A stretch of 64,000 nucleotides of DNA from an uncultured Bacteroidales bacterium (GTDB taxonomy: Bacteria > Bacteroidota > Bacteroidia > Bacteroidales > FEN-979): NCBI GenBank assembly GCA_903925275.1, contig CAIYES010000233.1, positions 1,547 to 65,546 of the forward strand, in the 5' to 3' direction. Positions 30,154 to 40,813 of the stretch are shown here, piece by piece. The position numbers and the translations under genes were made by a program. Positions within the stretch are counted from its first letter, which is position 1; every line of letters begins with the position of its first letter. Below the pieces are notes generated by a model. That model was not told the origin of the DNA. It worked only from the letters and a program-made list of their open reading frames with translations, and did no database searches.

Positions 30154-32916
30154 TTATCTTCTGTTATTTATTTTGATGTCAATTCCTGATTGTTCCTTGA
30201 ACTTATTCAGCCGGTATTTAAATGAAAGCATCACATACCGGCCGATGATGTTCGAACGTGTTTCGCGCAGGTAATTCATCTCACTCACCCGTTCAATGCC
30301 GGTATTTTTATTGAGCAGGTCAAAACAGGTCAGTGTGAGCAGCGCACGGTTGTTTTTCAGGAAATAGAAATTGATCTCGGCGCCGATCAGCGGGATATTG
30401 ACCATGTCGTTGAAGGACTTTGCGTTGTAGTTTGTAACATCTGCCGATACTGCAAAACTCCACCGCTCACCAGGGGTAAAACGCAGTTCCCCGAAATATG
30501 CCAGGTCAAAATAGCGGTTATTCAGTGATTCCTGGATCGAATAACGTGCATCTGTCAATGAAAAGGATGCTCCGAAATTAACATCCCATTTCTCTTTTTT
30601 CCTGTTGTCGAAACTGATTGTCAGGCGGTGGGTGAGATTGGTGTTGATGTTTTCGATGCTGTTGACAAAGGTGATTCCCCTGTTCCAGTTCTCACGGAGG
30701 TTTGTGTGAAATACAAGCCCGAGTTTCCTGACAGGTGAGGAAAAATCGATTGAGGCCGAGGCGGAATAATCATCAGGAACATTGACAAGTTTCATGACCT
30801 GCCTCAGACTGTCATTGATTGACCTGGACCAGCTGATCTTGTTTTGAGTGTAGGTAAAGTTGAGCGATGTAAAGAGCGATGTAAACGAGAACTGATCGAA
30901 TAACCACCAGTTGAAGGAGAGATCGTGGCTGTATTCGGGTTTCAGGGACCTGTTGCCATAGGTAAGCATTAAAGGATTAATGTTTTCAACCACCGGCAGC
31001 AACTGGTTTGCCGAAGGGGTGTTTACCGATGATGAATAGGAGAAAGCCAGTCTTCGCCCCTTGTTGTACTCATTTTCCCAGGTAAACTGCGGAAGGAAGT
31101 AACAAAGACTGGTCTGAAAATCCGGCTGATCATTCAGAATGTTCATCATCCTGCCAAGTTCGAGTTGGGCGGTTAAGAAAAAATTTGTCTTTTCGGTGTT
31201 ACGCCTAAGCCTGATCGCGGGTTTCAGGCTGATGTATCGGTTTGAGAACACCGGACTCAGCGAATCGATGATCTCTTCGGTTTCGGCGGGGACACCCTGA
31301 GTCCGGTCGATCCGTTCACCAAGATATCCTGCTGTTACCAAAGGTTCAAGGCAGAGTGTTTTTCCTATTTTCTGCGTTAAGGTAACGGATGCATCTCCGC
31401 TCAGATCGTCGGTCATTTTTTCCTGGTATTGTCGTGTGTCATCGAGGTTCTCCGGGTAATAGTACTGTGTTACATTTTGCCACTGACTCCTGCTTAAACC
31501 ATATGAACCGGCTGCACTGCCCGCAAACTTGATATTGGTCAGGCTGCCATTCAGTTTTTTAATCCAGGATCCGCTGAAATTGGCCGAAAAACGGTCGGAT
31601 CGGTCTGAATTTCCACTTTTCAGGCTATTAATCAGGCTGTCATTACGATAGCTCCCGGTGGCAGATCCTCCTTTACCGCGGCCATTTGTCAGTGATGCTC
31701 CTCCGGAGAAGGTCAGGTTCTGGCTTGAATCAATCCTGTTTTTCCAGCCAAAGGTCAAGCGATGAGCCCAGTTTTCATCATCGGTTGTTAATGCCTGTTG
31801 CTGAATGAAAGAGGAGCCCGGGGTGAAATTTTGCGAAAAGATCTGCTGATCCAGCCTGACATCAGAAGCATTCCCCAGGTAACTGATGTAAAACCGGTTG
31901 TTTTTCCTGAATTCATGGGAATAATTCAACCCGGCGGCACCCGAGGTGACATACCCGTTTACCGGTTGTCCGAAATTCACAGGATAGCTGTTTTCACTGG
32001 TCATGCTGATTTTCGTTATTCCTCCGCCCATCGCCCCGAGGCCACCGTTAAAACGCAGGTAATCGGAGAATGAGAAGCCAAACTGGTTGATGTTGTTGAT
32101 CATGGCCAGTGCAGCAAACTGGTCTGCCCCGGTAAAACGATATATTTTTGCGCTGCCCTCATAATGACCGCTTGTTCCGGCCCCAGCCAATACATCTCCA
32201 AAAACCGCCTTTTTTTTGTCATCTTTCAGAACCATGTTCACTGTTTTATCGTGGGAACCATCATTGATCCCCGTGAACTCGCTTTCATCCGATTTTTTAT
32301 TATAGACCTGCACCTTTTTAATAGCATCTGCAGGGACATTCTTCGTAGCGACTTTCAGATCATTGCCAAAAAACTCCTTCCCATCGACGAGCACATTTTT
32401 TACATCCTCACCTATGGCCTTGATATTTCCTGCGCGGTCGACTTCCAACCCCGGCAGCTTGCGCAGCAGGTCTTCGGCAACAGCATCGGGTTTTGTTTTG
32501 AAGGCAGCTGCATTGTATTCGATTGTATCTTTTTTGATCAGCAGGGGGATATATTCGCCTTTTACTTGTAGTTCGCTGAGGTTGATTGGGTTAGGCTTCA
32601 TTATGATAGCCCCGAAATTGTCATCCCCAGGCAGTGGCAGCTTTATTGTACGATAAAGCGTTTGGTATCCCAGGTAGGCAACCTGCATGAGCCAGTTGCC
32701 CGGCCTGGTATTCCTGATTTCGAAATGACCGGTGGCTCCGGTAATCCCGAAAAATGCAAGGGTCGAATCATCCGGGTTGAGTATGGCCACTGTGGCAAAA
32801 CCCAATCCCTCGCCTTTTTCATCAAGGACATCGCCCGAAAGGATGTTTTTTTGTGCCATGGCAGCCAGGGGTAGCAACATTACCAGGAACAGGATGGTTC
32901 GTTTCATTTTCATCAT
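30154..32916 (-). CDS. Outer-membrane beta-barrel family protein with N-terminal carboxypeptidase-regulatory-like domain (TonB-receptor-like)
   Basis: Signal peptide. LSGDVLDEKGEGLGFATVAI...TGATGHFEI is a CarbopepD_reg-type domain. About 800 aa of barrel-type sequence follows. It is paired with a GLPGLI gene. Confidence 0.7.
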   Translation of the reverse strand: MMKMKRTILFLVMLLPLAAMAQKNILSGDVLDEKGEGLGFATVAILNPDDSTLAFFGITGATGHFEIRNTRPGNWLMQVAYLGYQTLYRTIKLPLPGDDNFGAIIMKPNPINLSELQVKGEYIPLLIKKDTIEYNAAAFKTKPDAVAEDLLRKLPGLEVDRAGNIKAIGEDVKNVLVDGKEFFGNDLKVATKNVPADAIKKVQVYNKKSDESEFTGINDGSHDKTVNMVLKDDKKKAVFGDVLAGAGTSGHYEGSAKIYRFTGADQFAALAMINNINQFGFSFSDYLRFNGGLGAMGGGITKISMTSENSYPVNFGQPVNGYVTSGAAGLNYSHEFRKNNRFYISYLGNASDVRLDQQIFSQNFTPGSSFIQQQALTTDDENWAHRLTFGWKNRIDSSQNLTFSGGASLTNGRGKGGSATGSYRNDSLINSLKSGNSDRSDRFSANFSGSWIKKLNGSLTNIKFAGSAAGSYGLSRSQWQNVTQYYYPENLDDTRQYQEKMTDDLSGDASVTLTQKIGKTLCLEPLVTAGYLGERIDRTQGVPAETEEIIDSLSPVFSNRYISLKPAIRLRRNTEKTNFFLTAQLELGRMMNILNDQPDFQTSLCYFLPQFTWENEYNKGRRLAFSYSSSVNTPSANQLLPVVENINPLMLTYGNRSLKPEYSHDLSFNWWLFDQFSFTSLFTSLNFTYTQNKISWSRSINDSLRQVMKLVNVPDDYSASASIDFSSPVRKLGLVFHTNLRENWNRGITFVNSIENINTNLTHRLTISFDNRKKEKWDVNFGASFSLTDARYSIQESLNNRYFDLAYFGELRFTPGERWSFAVSADVTNYNAKSFNDMVNIPLIGAEINFYFLKNNRALLTLTCFDLLNKNTGIERVSEMNYLRETRSNIIGRYVMLSFKYRLNKFKEQSGIDIKINNRR

Positions 32917-32921
32917 CAGGC

Positions 32922-33692
32922 TTATCGTTGGATTTTGATAACAATATGCTGTCCGCCTCCACCACCTTCACCCCCCATCTCTTTCATCTTTTCATCAACG
33001 ATCTTTTTATATTGCTCTTCCGTGACCTTTTTCCCCTCTCTGGGTTTACCCAGCAGGCTTTTGTCAACCTTCGAAAATTCGACCGAAGTTGCTGTGATCA
33101 CCCGCTCACCATCATTGATATCGACTGCAAGGATCAGTCCCGGCAGGTTACCCCAATTCCGCGGACCACTTGACACGGGGATTGCCGGGGTAAACCATGC
33201 CCTGATCTTTTTTCCGTCCTCCTCGCGCATACCCTCCTGGCACGGTAATCCGAGGATGGTCTTCTGATCCCCGGTCAGTTTCCAATCGGCTTTACCCGCA
33301 TCCGATTCAATAAGAAACTGGCGTGACATGAATTCCCGCTGTTCAATCCGTTTATTTTCTTTCAGATTTCGGTAAACCTTGTCATCATCCTGGTAGACCT
33401 GGTAATGAATCATTGTTCCGCCTGTCTCCTGCTCAATTGCATCGGTAGCGGGCTTTTCATTGTCGCTGTGGTATAGTGATTCATCTGGGGAGAAATAAAG
33501 AACTGTCCGCTCGGTCCGCTCTTTCGGCAACATATCGGAATATTGCGCCGATTCCCCTTCAAGCTTTATCTCGAGTTTCATCTTTTCTTCATAACGGACT
33601 GTTCCCGAGTTGTTCGTTCCTGCAGCCGGTTGTCCGTGGCCTGTGATCCATATGACCATCAAGGCGGGTATTAACATCACTGTTTTCATCAT
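32922..33692 (-). CDS. GLPGLI family protein
   Basis: Contains the literal motif NLPGLILAV. Size about 250 aa, signal peptide, and it sits upstream of, and is co-transcribed with, the barrel gene on the minus strand. Confidence 0.75.
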   Translation of the reverse strand: MMKTVMLIPALMVIWITGHGQPAAGTNNSGTVRYEEKMKLEIKLEGESAQYSDMLPKERTERTVLYFSPDESLYHSDNEKPATDAIEQETGGTMIHYQVYQDDDKVYRNLKENKRIEQREFMSRQFLIESDAGKADWKLTGDQKTILGLPCQEGMREEDGKKIRAWFTPAIPVSSGPRNWGNLPGLILAVDINDGERVITATSVEFSKVDKSLLGKPREGKKVTEEQYKKIVDEKMKEMGGEGGGGGQHIVIKIQR

Positions 33693-33930
33693 TTTCGTTG
33701 TTTAATTACTGATTGTTTTATTTGAAAGGTTCATTATGAATTCTCTGCATCGTACTATTTTGCAAAAACCTGTGCCGTGATCTTTATGACAAGGTGGTAA
33801 TTATTACGAGGCAAATGTAAAACCATGATCCATCGGTCAAGGTTAAGCCCTGGCCAATTAAGGTTAATTAAGGTTAACGGATGTAAGAATCAGCCAGGAT
33901 TGCCCTATTTTTGTGTCTTCAATTTCCACC

Positions 33931-35430
33931 ATGAAGAAATCGAAACAAATTAGGCTGGCAGGCATCCTCATGATAATGAGCTGGTTGCTGCTTCTTACCT
34001 TTGTACTCCAATGGCTGTCGGCAAGGCATGAGGCCGAAAAGGAGTGGCTGCAGGAGGAACTTGACCGGCGCTTTGAGGAAACAAAATTACAGGTGGTAGA
34101 CTCCACGCTGATCATCCACCTGATTGACCCGATGATCCGCGACAGCCAGCAGATGAAGGTGGTGGTAAGCCTGGGTGACAGTGCTGTTAAGTACCGGAAA
34201 GGCATCCATACTTTTGATACGGTGATTCATGAAAACAACGGAGCCGGGAAAAAAAACCTTGTATATAAAATTGATATCTCTGATTCAGCCTCAAAAAAAA
34301 TCCTTGTAATGAACCGTAACAAACGGTTTCACGCCGATTCAGGCAATATTGTACTTCACAGCATCCGTCTGATGATCGGGCAAACCAACGATTCTGCAGG
34401 GCATAACCCGGTTTTCAGGAAGTACCTGCCTGCGAACATTGACACGGCGTTATTCAGGAAAATTTTTGTGGAAAAGATGAATAAAGAGGGGTTGTTTTTC
34501 CCTGTTACATGGTCGGATGGTCAGGACCTCGATTCTACTCCCAGAACCGGTTCTCTGATATACCTCAACAGCCGTATTTTTGAAGGCACCGTGACAGCGA
34601 GCGTTGACGGGTATTCAGGGTACCTTTTAAAACGAATCATTCCACAAATACTGTTCGCATTGATTCTTCTCATGCTGACTGGAGGTGCTTTTATCTTCAT
34701 TTTCCGCAGTCTCAGGAAACAGGTGCAGTTAAATGACCTGCGCAACGATTTCATCAGCAATATTTCGCATGAACTGAAAACTCCTGTCGCAACAGTAAAA
34801 GTGGCGCTGGAATCGCTCAGGAGTTTTGACATGAAAAAGGATCCTGCAGTAACCAGTGAATACCTGAACATGGCATCCCTTGAGATGGACAGGCTCGAAA
34901 GGTTGATTGGAAAGGTGCTCAATATCTCTGCCCTTGAGGAGGAAGACCGCATTGTCACGCTTCGCACCTCCGATCTGAAAGTGATCACAGAAAAGGTGAT
35001 CCGGTCAATGTCTTCGCGGTTTGAACAGGAACAGGCTGAGCTCGTTTTCGAAGCGCCTGATGAAAGTTACCGCTGTCCCTTGGATGACCTTTTCGTTGAA
35101 GGATTGCTTATCAACCTGGTCGACAACAGCCTTAAGTATGCCGGAGAAAAACCATGGATTGAAATCCGGCTTTCACAGGACCAGCAAATGGTTCAGATGG
35201 AAGTCAGTGACAGGGGACCGGGCATCCCCGAACAGTATATCAGGAAGGTATTCGACAAATTTTTCAGGGTTCCAACCGGCGACCGGCATAATATAAAGGG
35301 ACATGGCCTGGGATTGAGTTATGCCGCACGGGTCATGAAACAACACAAGGGAAGGATTACGGTTAGGAACCTGGAAGGCAGGGGATGTGCATTCTCAATG
35401 TCATTTCCTAAAGAAAGAGCATCTGACTGA
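33931..35430 (+). CDS. Sensor histidine kinase
   Basis: Two TM segments. HisKA H-box FISNISHELKTPVA. HATPase motifs DRGPGIP and GHGLGLSY. Start moved to ATG 33931. Confidence 0.85.
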   Translation: MKKSKQIRLAGILMIMSWLLLLTFVLQWLSARHEAEKEWLQEELDRRFEETKLQVVDSTLIIHLIDPMIRDSQQMKVVVSLGDSAVKYRKGIHTFDTVIHENNGAGKKNLVYKIDISDSASKKILVMNRNKRFHADSGNIVLHSIRLMIGQTNDSAGHNPVFRKYLPANIDTALFRKIFVEKMNKEGLFFPVTWSDGQDLDSTPRTGSLIYLNSRIFEGTVTASVDGYSGYLLKRIIPQILFALILLMLTGGAFIFIFRSLRKQVQLNDLRNDFISNISHELKTPVATVKVALESLRSFDMKKDPAVTSEYLNMASLEMDRLERLIGKVLNISALEEEDRIVTLRTSDLKVITEKVIRSMSSRFEQEQAELVFEAPDESYRCPLDDLFVEGLLINLVDNSLKYAGEKPWIEIRLSQDQQMVQMEVSDRGPGIPEQYIRKVFDKFFRVPTGDRHNIKGHGLGLSYAARVMKQHKGRITVRNLEGRGCAFSMSFPKERASD

Positions 35431-35473
35431 TCAACTTCTCAATCACTAAATAGATAAACCCTTAAAAATAAGC

Positions 35474-36172
35474 GTGAAAAGAAAGGTTATATATGTCGAG
35501 GATGAACCCTTCCTGGGTAAAATTGTAAAGGAGACCCTTGAGAACCAACATTTTGAAGTTCTTTGGAAAACCACCGGGATCAGCATACTCAAAGAGATCA
35601 GGGAATTTTCCCCGGAAATCTGTGTTCTCGACATTATGCTGCCTGATGTTGACGGATATGTGTTGTGCCGTCAGATTAAACACACATTTCCCTCCCTGCC
35701 GGTCATTTTTCTGACAGCTAAAACCGAAACAGCCGACCTGGTGAAGGGGTTCGAAGCAGGCGGAACCGATTACATGCGGAAACCATTCAGCATTGAGGAG
35801 CTGATCGTGCGGATCCACAACCAGTTCCAGCTGATGGAAGGGAAGAACCAGGGAGGAGGAGGTATCGGCGAAGAAATTGTATTGGGGCAGTATCTCTTTA
35901 TCCCCGGCCGGTGCGAACTGCTTTCACCCTCACGAACCATCAAACTGTCATTACGTGATATGCAGGTCATGTCGATGCTTGCCGGTAACACCAACCGTGT
36001 GGTTGACCGCAAAACCATGCTGATCTCCATTTGGGGCGACGACTCCTTTTTTAATTCGAGAACGCTGGATGTCTACATCAGGAAACTACGCAACTATTTT
36101 TCGGAAGACCGCGGAATAGAGATCGTGACCATGAAAGGCAAGGGTTACCTGTTCCTGGTGAAGGAGAAATGA
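35474..36172 (+). CDS. OmpR/PhoB-family response regulator
   Basis: Receiver domain (VIYVEDE...LDIMLPDVDG...LTAK) plus a winged-helix C-terminus (LRKLRNYF...VTMKGKGY). GTG start. Confidence 0.85.
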   Translation: MKRKVIYVEDEPFLGKIVKETLENQHFEVLWKTTGISILKEIREFSPEICVLDIMLPDVDGYVLCRQIKHTFPSLPVIFLTAKTETADLVKGFEAGGTDYMRKPFSIEELIVRIHNQFQLMEGKNQGGGGIGEEIVLGQYLFIPGRCELLSPSRTIKLSLRDMQVMSMLAGNTNRVVDRKTMLISIWGDDSFFNSRTLDVYIRKLRNYFSEDRGIEIVTMKGKGYLFLVKEK

Positions 36173-36457
36173 TTTTTCTGTGCCACTCAGCCGGGCAAAA
36201 GGTTCTGAAACGGCCAATACCGGCAGGAAAGAGCAGTTTCAGATGATCGGGCAACTATACCGCCAGTTAGCGATTTACATAATAATATGCCGGCATTTAG
36301 AATACAATTGCTGTATTGGAGTTTTTTTGTGATATTTTTTTCATAAAATCAGGAGAATCCATCTAAATCTTTTTTTGTACTTTAGTAGTTTCTATGGGTA
36401 TATCCCACTGTGACCCGAAAGAACCTATTGATCAACTATTATCATACCGCAGGCATT

Positions 36458-37825
36458 ATGAAAAGACTATTCTACCTCCTTTTTCTGATGTTACCCATGG
36501 CCATGTCCGGGCAAATTAATTTATCAAAATCCTTTCCATTGGATTATATGTGGAAGTATGTCGGGAATGCGGGTTTTTCAGAATGGTATTGTGATTATAC
36601 GCGCATCGCTATCGACCCGTCAGGAGAACCATATATCGTATTTCAGGATCGTGCACATTTAAACAAAGCAACGGTTATGAAATATAACGGAGTTAATTGG
36701 GTTTACGTGGGGTCTCCCGGTTTTTCGGCAGGAGTGGCAAAATATACAAACATTGCTTTTGACCCCCTGGGGATACCTTATGTTGCATTCATGGATTTCG
36801 ATAATGGACATAAAGCAAACGTTATGAAATTTGACGGAACAAGTTGGGATTCCGTTGGAATCGCCGGGTTCTCAAGTGATGGAGTAGAATATTTAAGTTT
36901 TGCCTTCAGTCCTTCGGGAGAACCATATGTGGCATTTTTGGACGGGGGAAATTCCGGCAAATCAACCGTTATGAAATTTGATGGAACAAGTTGGTTGAAT
37001 GTAGGCAATGCCGGGTTTTCTTCCACAATGGCCTATCAGACAAGCCTCGCATTCAGCCCATCCGGTCAGCCGGCAGTAGTGTTCACTGATGACTATTCCT
37101 GGGGTCATGCCACGGTGATGCAGTTTGATGGCTCAACCTGGAATACGGTTGGCGCTTCGGGATTCTCACCGGGATATGCCAATTGTCTGAGTCTCGCCTT
37201 TAACCCTTTGGGAGAACCCTGTGTAGCTTTTAAAGATGTGTACAAAGCCTCATTAATGAAATTTGACGGAGTCAATTGGATAAATGTGGGGAACGCGGGG
37301 TTCTCAAGTGGTACAGCAGAAGATATTAACCTTGTTTTTAATTCATCCGGAGAGCCTTTGGTCTCCTTTGTGGATTTTGGAAATGCCCAGAGGGCAACCT
37401 TAATGAAATTTAACGGAACCGAGTGGGTATATATAGGTCCGGCAGGTTTTTCTGCAGGTGATGCGGATTACCTTAGTCTCGCGCTCAGCCCGACCGGTGT
37501 AGCGTATCTGGGGTTTGTCGATGGAGGAAATGGTTATAGAGCAACCGTGATGAAGTATGATTCCGTTGCTGTTGGAATTTCAGATAAAGAGATATCCCCG
37601 TTAACTATTTATCCAAATCCTGCAACCGATCAAATAACGGGTAAAGTTTCATTGACAGGAACAGGAAATATTTCTATTGAAACTATTGCCGGGAAAGAAC
37701 TCATTAAAAAACCCTTAGCTGCACCATACACTTCAATTGATATCCGCAACTTGCCATGCGGGGTTTATGTTGTACGTTTGACGAATGATAAAACAGTGCA
37801 GGTGCAAAAATTCATTAAACAGTGA
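36458..37825 (+). CDS. T9SS-sorted protein built from seven about 49-aa repeats (probable beta-propeller)
   Basis: Seven units of the pattern VGnAGFS...LAFsPsGEPyVaF.D..n..kATVMKFDGt.W. C-terminal TIYPNPATDQITGKV...VVRLTNDKTVQVQKFIKQ. Start moved to MKRLFYLL (ATG 36458). Confidence 0.7.
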   Translation: MKRLFYLLFLMLPMAMSGQINLSKSFPLDYMWKYVGNAGFSEWYCDYTRIAIDPSGEPYIVFQDRAHLNKATVMKYNGVNWVYVGSPGFSAGVAKYTNIAFDPLGIPYVAFMDFDNGHKANVMKFDGTSWDSVGIAGFSSDGVEYLSFAFSPSGEPYVAFLDGGNSGKSTVMKFDGTSWLNVGNAGFSSTMAYQTSLAFSPSGQPAVVFTDDYSWGHATVMQFDGSTWNTVGASGFSPGYANCLSLAFNPLGEPCVAFKDVYKASLMKFDGVNWINVGNAGFSSGTAEDINLVFNSSGEPLVSFVDFGNAQRATLMKFNGTEWVYIGPAGFSAGDADYLSLALSPTGVAYLGFVDGGNGYRATVMKYDSVAVGISDKEISPLTIYPNPATDQITGKVSLTGTGNISIETIAGKELIKKPLAAPYTSIDIRNLPCGVYVVRLTNDKTVQVQKFIKQ

Positions 37826-37946
37826 ATTTGCACCCTATGCTGATTGCGCCACTACATTTTGCCTATTTTTACATGATTTTTACTGCTACCAATACTCCCT
37901 TCCCAGGATGTTCCTGTTTTGGGCATGATACCTTAATCTGAAACCA

Positions 37947-38636
37947 GTGAAAAATATCAAAATACGTGCAATTGTAACAGGATCAACAGGAATGGTGGGT
38001 GAAGGCGTGCTGCACGAATGTTTACTGCACCCCGATGTTGAATCCGTTCTGGTGATCAACAGAAAACCCTGCGGTGTCAAACACCCGAAGCTGAAAGAGA
38101 TCATTCATGCCGATTTCTTTGACTTCTCCCCGATTGAGAGCCAGCTTTCAGGCTATAATGCATGTTTCTTCTGTGCCGGCGTTTCATCAGTGGGGATGAA
38201 AAAACCAGAATATACCCGATTGACCTATACCCTGACGATGCATGTTGCCCAAACACTTTGTAAACTAAACCCTGACATGATTTTTTGCTACGTCTCAGGT
38301 TCAGGTACCGACAGCACCGAAAAGGGAAAGATGATGTGGGCAAGGGTAAAAGGCAAAACAGAAAACGATTTGATGAAACTTCCGTTTACGGATGTGTTCG
38401 CTTTCCGTCCCGCTATCATTCTGCCAACCGAGGGGTTGAAAAACGTCCTGCCGGCTTATAAATATGTGAGCTGGTTGTTTCCTGTTTTACGACCTCTCTT
38501 CCCGGATTATTTTGGCACCCTGAAAGATGTCGGACTGGCGATGATCAACACTGTGATGTTTGGTTCCGTCAAAAAGGTGCTGGATACGAAGGATATTGCC
38601 GTTTTGGCCAGGAAAACCGATGAAATCGTCCAGTAA
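37947..38636 (+). CDS. NAD(P)-binding Rossmann-fold protein (atypical SDR/epimerase-like)
   Basis: N-terminal IVTGSTGMVGEGVL glycine-rich motif, 229 aa, GTG start. Confidence 0.6.
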   Translation: MKNIKIRAIVTGSTGMVGEGVLHECLLHPDVESVLVINRKPCGVKHPKLKEIIHADFFDFSPIESQLSGYNACFFCAGVSSVGMKKPEYTRLTYTLTMHVAQTLCKLNPDMIFCYVSGSGTDSTEKGKMMWARVKGKTENDLMKLPFTDVFAFRPAIILPTEGLKNVLPAYKYVSWLFPVLRPLFPDYFGTLKDVGLAMINTVMFGSVKKVLDTKDIAVLARKTDEIVQ

Positions 38637-38821
38637 ACATGGGTTTTGATATCCCATTCCGATTCCATTATGGCTGAAGCCTGCCAGTTGGTAACTCCGT
38701 GAACTATATATAAAACGGGATAAATTTGTACCGTTCATAGTATAACACCCGTATTTATTGATATTTAGCCATAAACAGAATAAAGTCCAACTAAAAAAAC
38801 TGAATTAACTTACAAAAAACA

Positions 38822-39514
38822 ATGGAAACATTTCACAGTGATTTGTCAAATATTGAATTTCCCATTGCTGAAAAAGTATCAGGCAAAACGATACGAAAGT
38901 CAATATTGGATTTAATACAAAAGGATAAGCCACAATTCACAAGCGACAAATTTTTATCGATCAGTGAGCTAACCAATTATCGGGAACAATACATCGAGGG
39001 CTTTCTGAGGAAGCAAATTGGAAGCCTGACCGACTTAGACAAGACTGTACTTGACTCCTTGAAAGAAAGAACCATTCTGACCGACAAATTAGATGGTGAG
39101 GATATCCTGCCAATGACTTTCGGTCAGAGAATTGCCGACAAAGTTGCATCGTTTGGGGGTAGCTGGACATTCATCATTATGTTTGCCGTTTTCCTCTTTT
39201 TATGGATTTGTGTCAATGTTTATTGGCTTGGAAACAGAGGATTTGACCCCTATCCGTTTATACTGTTGAACCTTATTCTGTCGAGTCTGGCAGCAATTCA
39301 GGCTCCGGTTATCATGATGAGTCAAAACCGTCAGGAAGAAAAAGACAGAGATAGAGGCAAAAAGGACTATATGATAAACCTTAAATCGGAGCTTGAAATC
39401 AGGATGTTGCACGAAAAAATCGACCATCTGATTATTAACGAACAACAGGAGGTGCTGGAGATTCATAAAGTTCAGATAGAGATGATGAATGACATTCTTA
39501 AACGTCTTGAATAA
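38822..39514 (+). CDS. DUF1003-family membrane protein
   Basis: FGQRIADKVASFGGSWTFII...FDPYPFILLNLILS..QAPVIMMSQNRQ followed by a coiled C-terminus, as in DUF1003. Confidence 0.65.
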   Translation: METFHSDLSNIEFPIAEKVSGKTIRKSILDLIQKDKPQFTSDKFLSISELTNYREQYIEGFLRKQIGSLTDLDKTVLDSLKERTILTDKLDGEDILPMTFGQRIADKVASFGGSWTFIIMFAVFLFLWICVNVYWLGNRGFDPYPFILLNLILSSLAAIQAPVIMMSQNRQEEKDRDRGKKDYMINLKSELEIRMLHEKIDHLIINEQQEVLEIHKVQIEMMNDILKRLE

Positions 39515-39619
39515 TAATCAATCGGCATTAGCAAATAGCATATTTTCGTTGACAGCAGGCAGAACAATTCTGTTACCTTACATTCATTTGCCATTGCAAC
39601 GAAAAAAAATCAATGGAAA

Positions 39620-40078
39620 ATGATAACAAATAACAAACTTGATAAATCATTTGGTGCTGTTGGTACTTCAGCCGGTATGTTTCTATTTATTGCAGGGTTG
39701 ATTCTGACATGTTTACACTTATCCGGAATTATCTTGGTTTTGATTGGAGCATTTGTTGGATTTTCTTCCTCAAGTACGTTGATCGACTATGGTAAAAACC
39801 AGGTCAAATTTTCGAATAACCTGTTTGGGTTTATAAGAATAGGAAAATGGCTGCAAATTGAACCATCCATGAAAATCGGCATCAGAGAGTCCAATCAAAC
39901 CTATCGCACCTACAGCATGGGCAACCGGACGCTTGATGATACGCAAAAAGATTTCAGACTTGTTCTGTATGATTCGGCGAATAAAGAGATAATGCCGGTC
40001 AAAAAAACCGATTCACTTGTTGCTGCCAGAATAGAACTTGAAATAGAATGTAAGCGTTTGGGGTTAAAAAGCATCTGA
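39620..40078 (+). CDS. Hypothetical membrane protein
   Basis: Two N-terminal TM helices, no recognisable motif. Confidence 0.4.
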   Translation: MITNNKLDKSFGAVGTSAGMFLFIAGLILTCLHLSGIILVLIGAFVGFSSSSTLIDYGKNQVKFSNNLFGFIRIGKWLQIEPSMKIGIRESNQTYRTYSMGNRTLDDTQKDFRLVLYDSANKEIMPVKKTDSLVAARIELEIECKRLGLKSI

Positions 40079-40126
40079 AAGTTTTTCAATATCAATTAAA
40101 ATTGCAATGAAGAAATACCGGTAGCC

Positions 40127-40698
40127 ATGCACAAAACATTGCAAGAGAAGATAACCTTTTCAGGAGTTGATTATTCGGGTAAACAATTGTCGGACAGTGA
40201 ATTTGACGGATGCACATTTAAAAACTGCAACTTTACAAAAAGCGACCTGTCGGGCAGCGATTTTATGGACTGCATATTTGAAAATTGTGATTTTAGTCTG
40301 GTCAAATTTCACAATACCGGATTGAAAAACATCAGGTTCATTGGTTGTAAGTTGCTGGGCATTGATTTTTCAAACTGTAAGGACTTTCTTCTATCATTCT
40401 ATTTTGAAAAAAGCGTTTAAATTACGCTGCTTTTCACAAGAAAAAAATCAAAAACACAGTATTCAAGGACTGTACAATAAAAGAAGCCGATTTTTCAGAG
40501 GCTGACCTGACTGCCTCAAGTTTTCTGAATTGCGATTTATCCAGAACCATTTTCCTACATACAATTTTAGAAAAAGCAGATTTCCGCACGGCATATAATT
40601 ATTCCTTTGACCTTGAGTTAAACAGGGTTAAGAAGGCAAAATTCTCAGCATCAGGCGTCATCGGATTATTTGATAAATACCAGATTATCATTGAGTAA
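40127..40698 (+). pseudogene. Pentapeptide-repeat protein disrupted by a single-base frameshift near 40416-40419
   Basis: The first frame ends ...FYFEKSV-TAA at 40420. The pentapeptide pattern continues in the -1 frame from 40417 (LNYAAFHKKKIKNTVFKDCTIKEADFSEADLTASSFLNCDLSRTIF...) to TAA 40698. One extra T in the TTT run would restore a protein of about 190 aa. Confidence 0.75.
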
Positions 40699-40813
40699 CA
40701 ATTAGCTTCAATAGATTGGCAGGCAAGTGAAAAGTTTTATCCTTACCGGCAACCGAAAATTCACACTGGTGGGCAGTATTTTTTCGATGTGTTAATTTTT
40801 TAATTATAGCATT

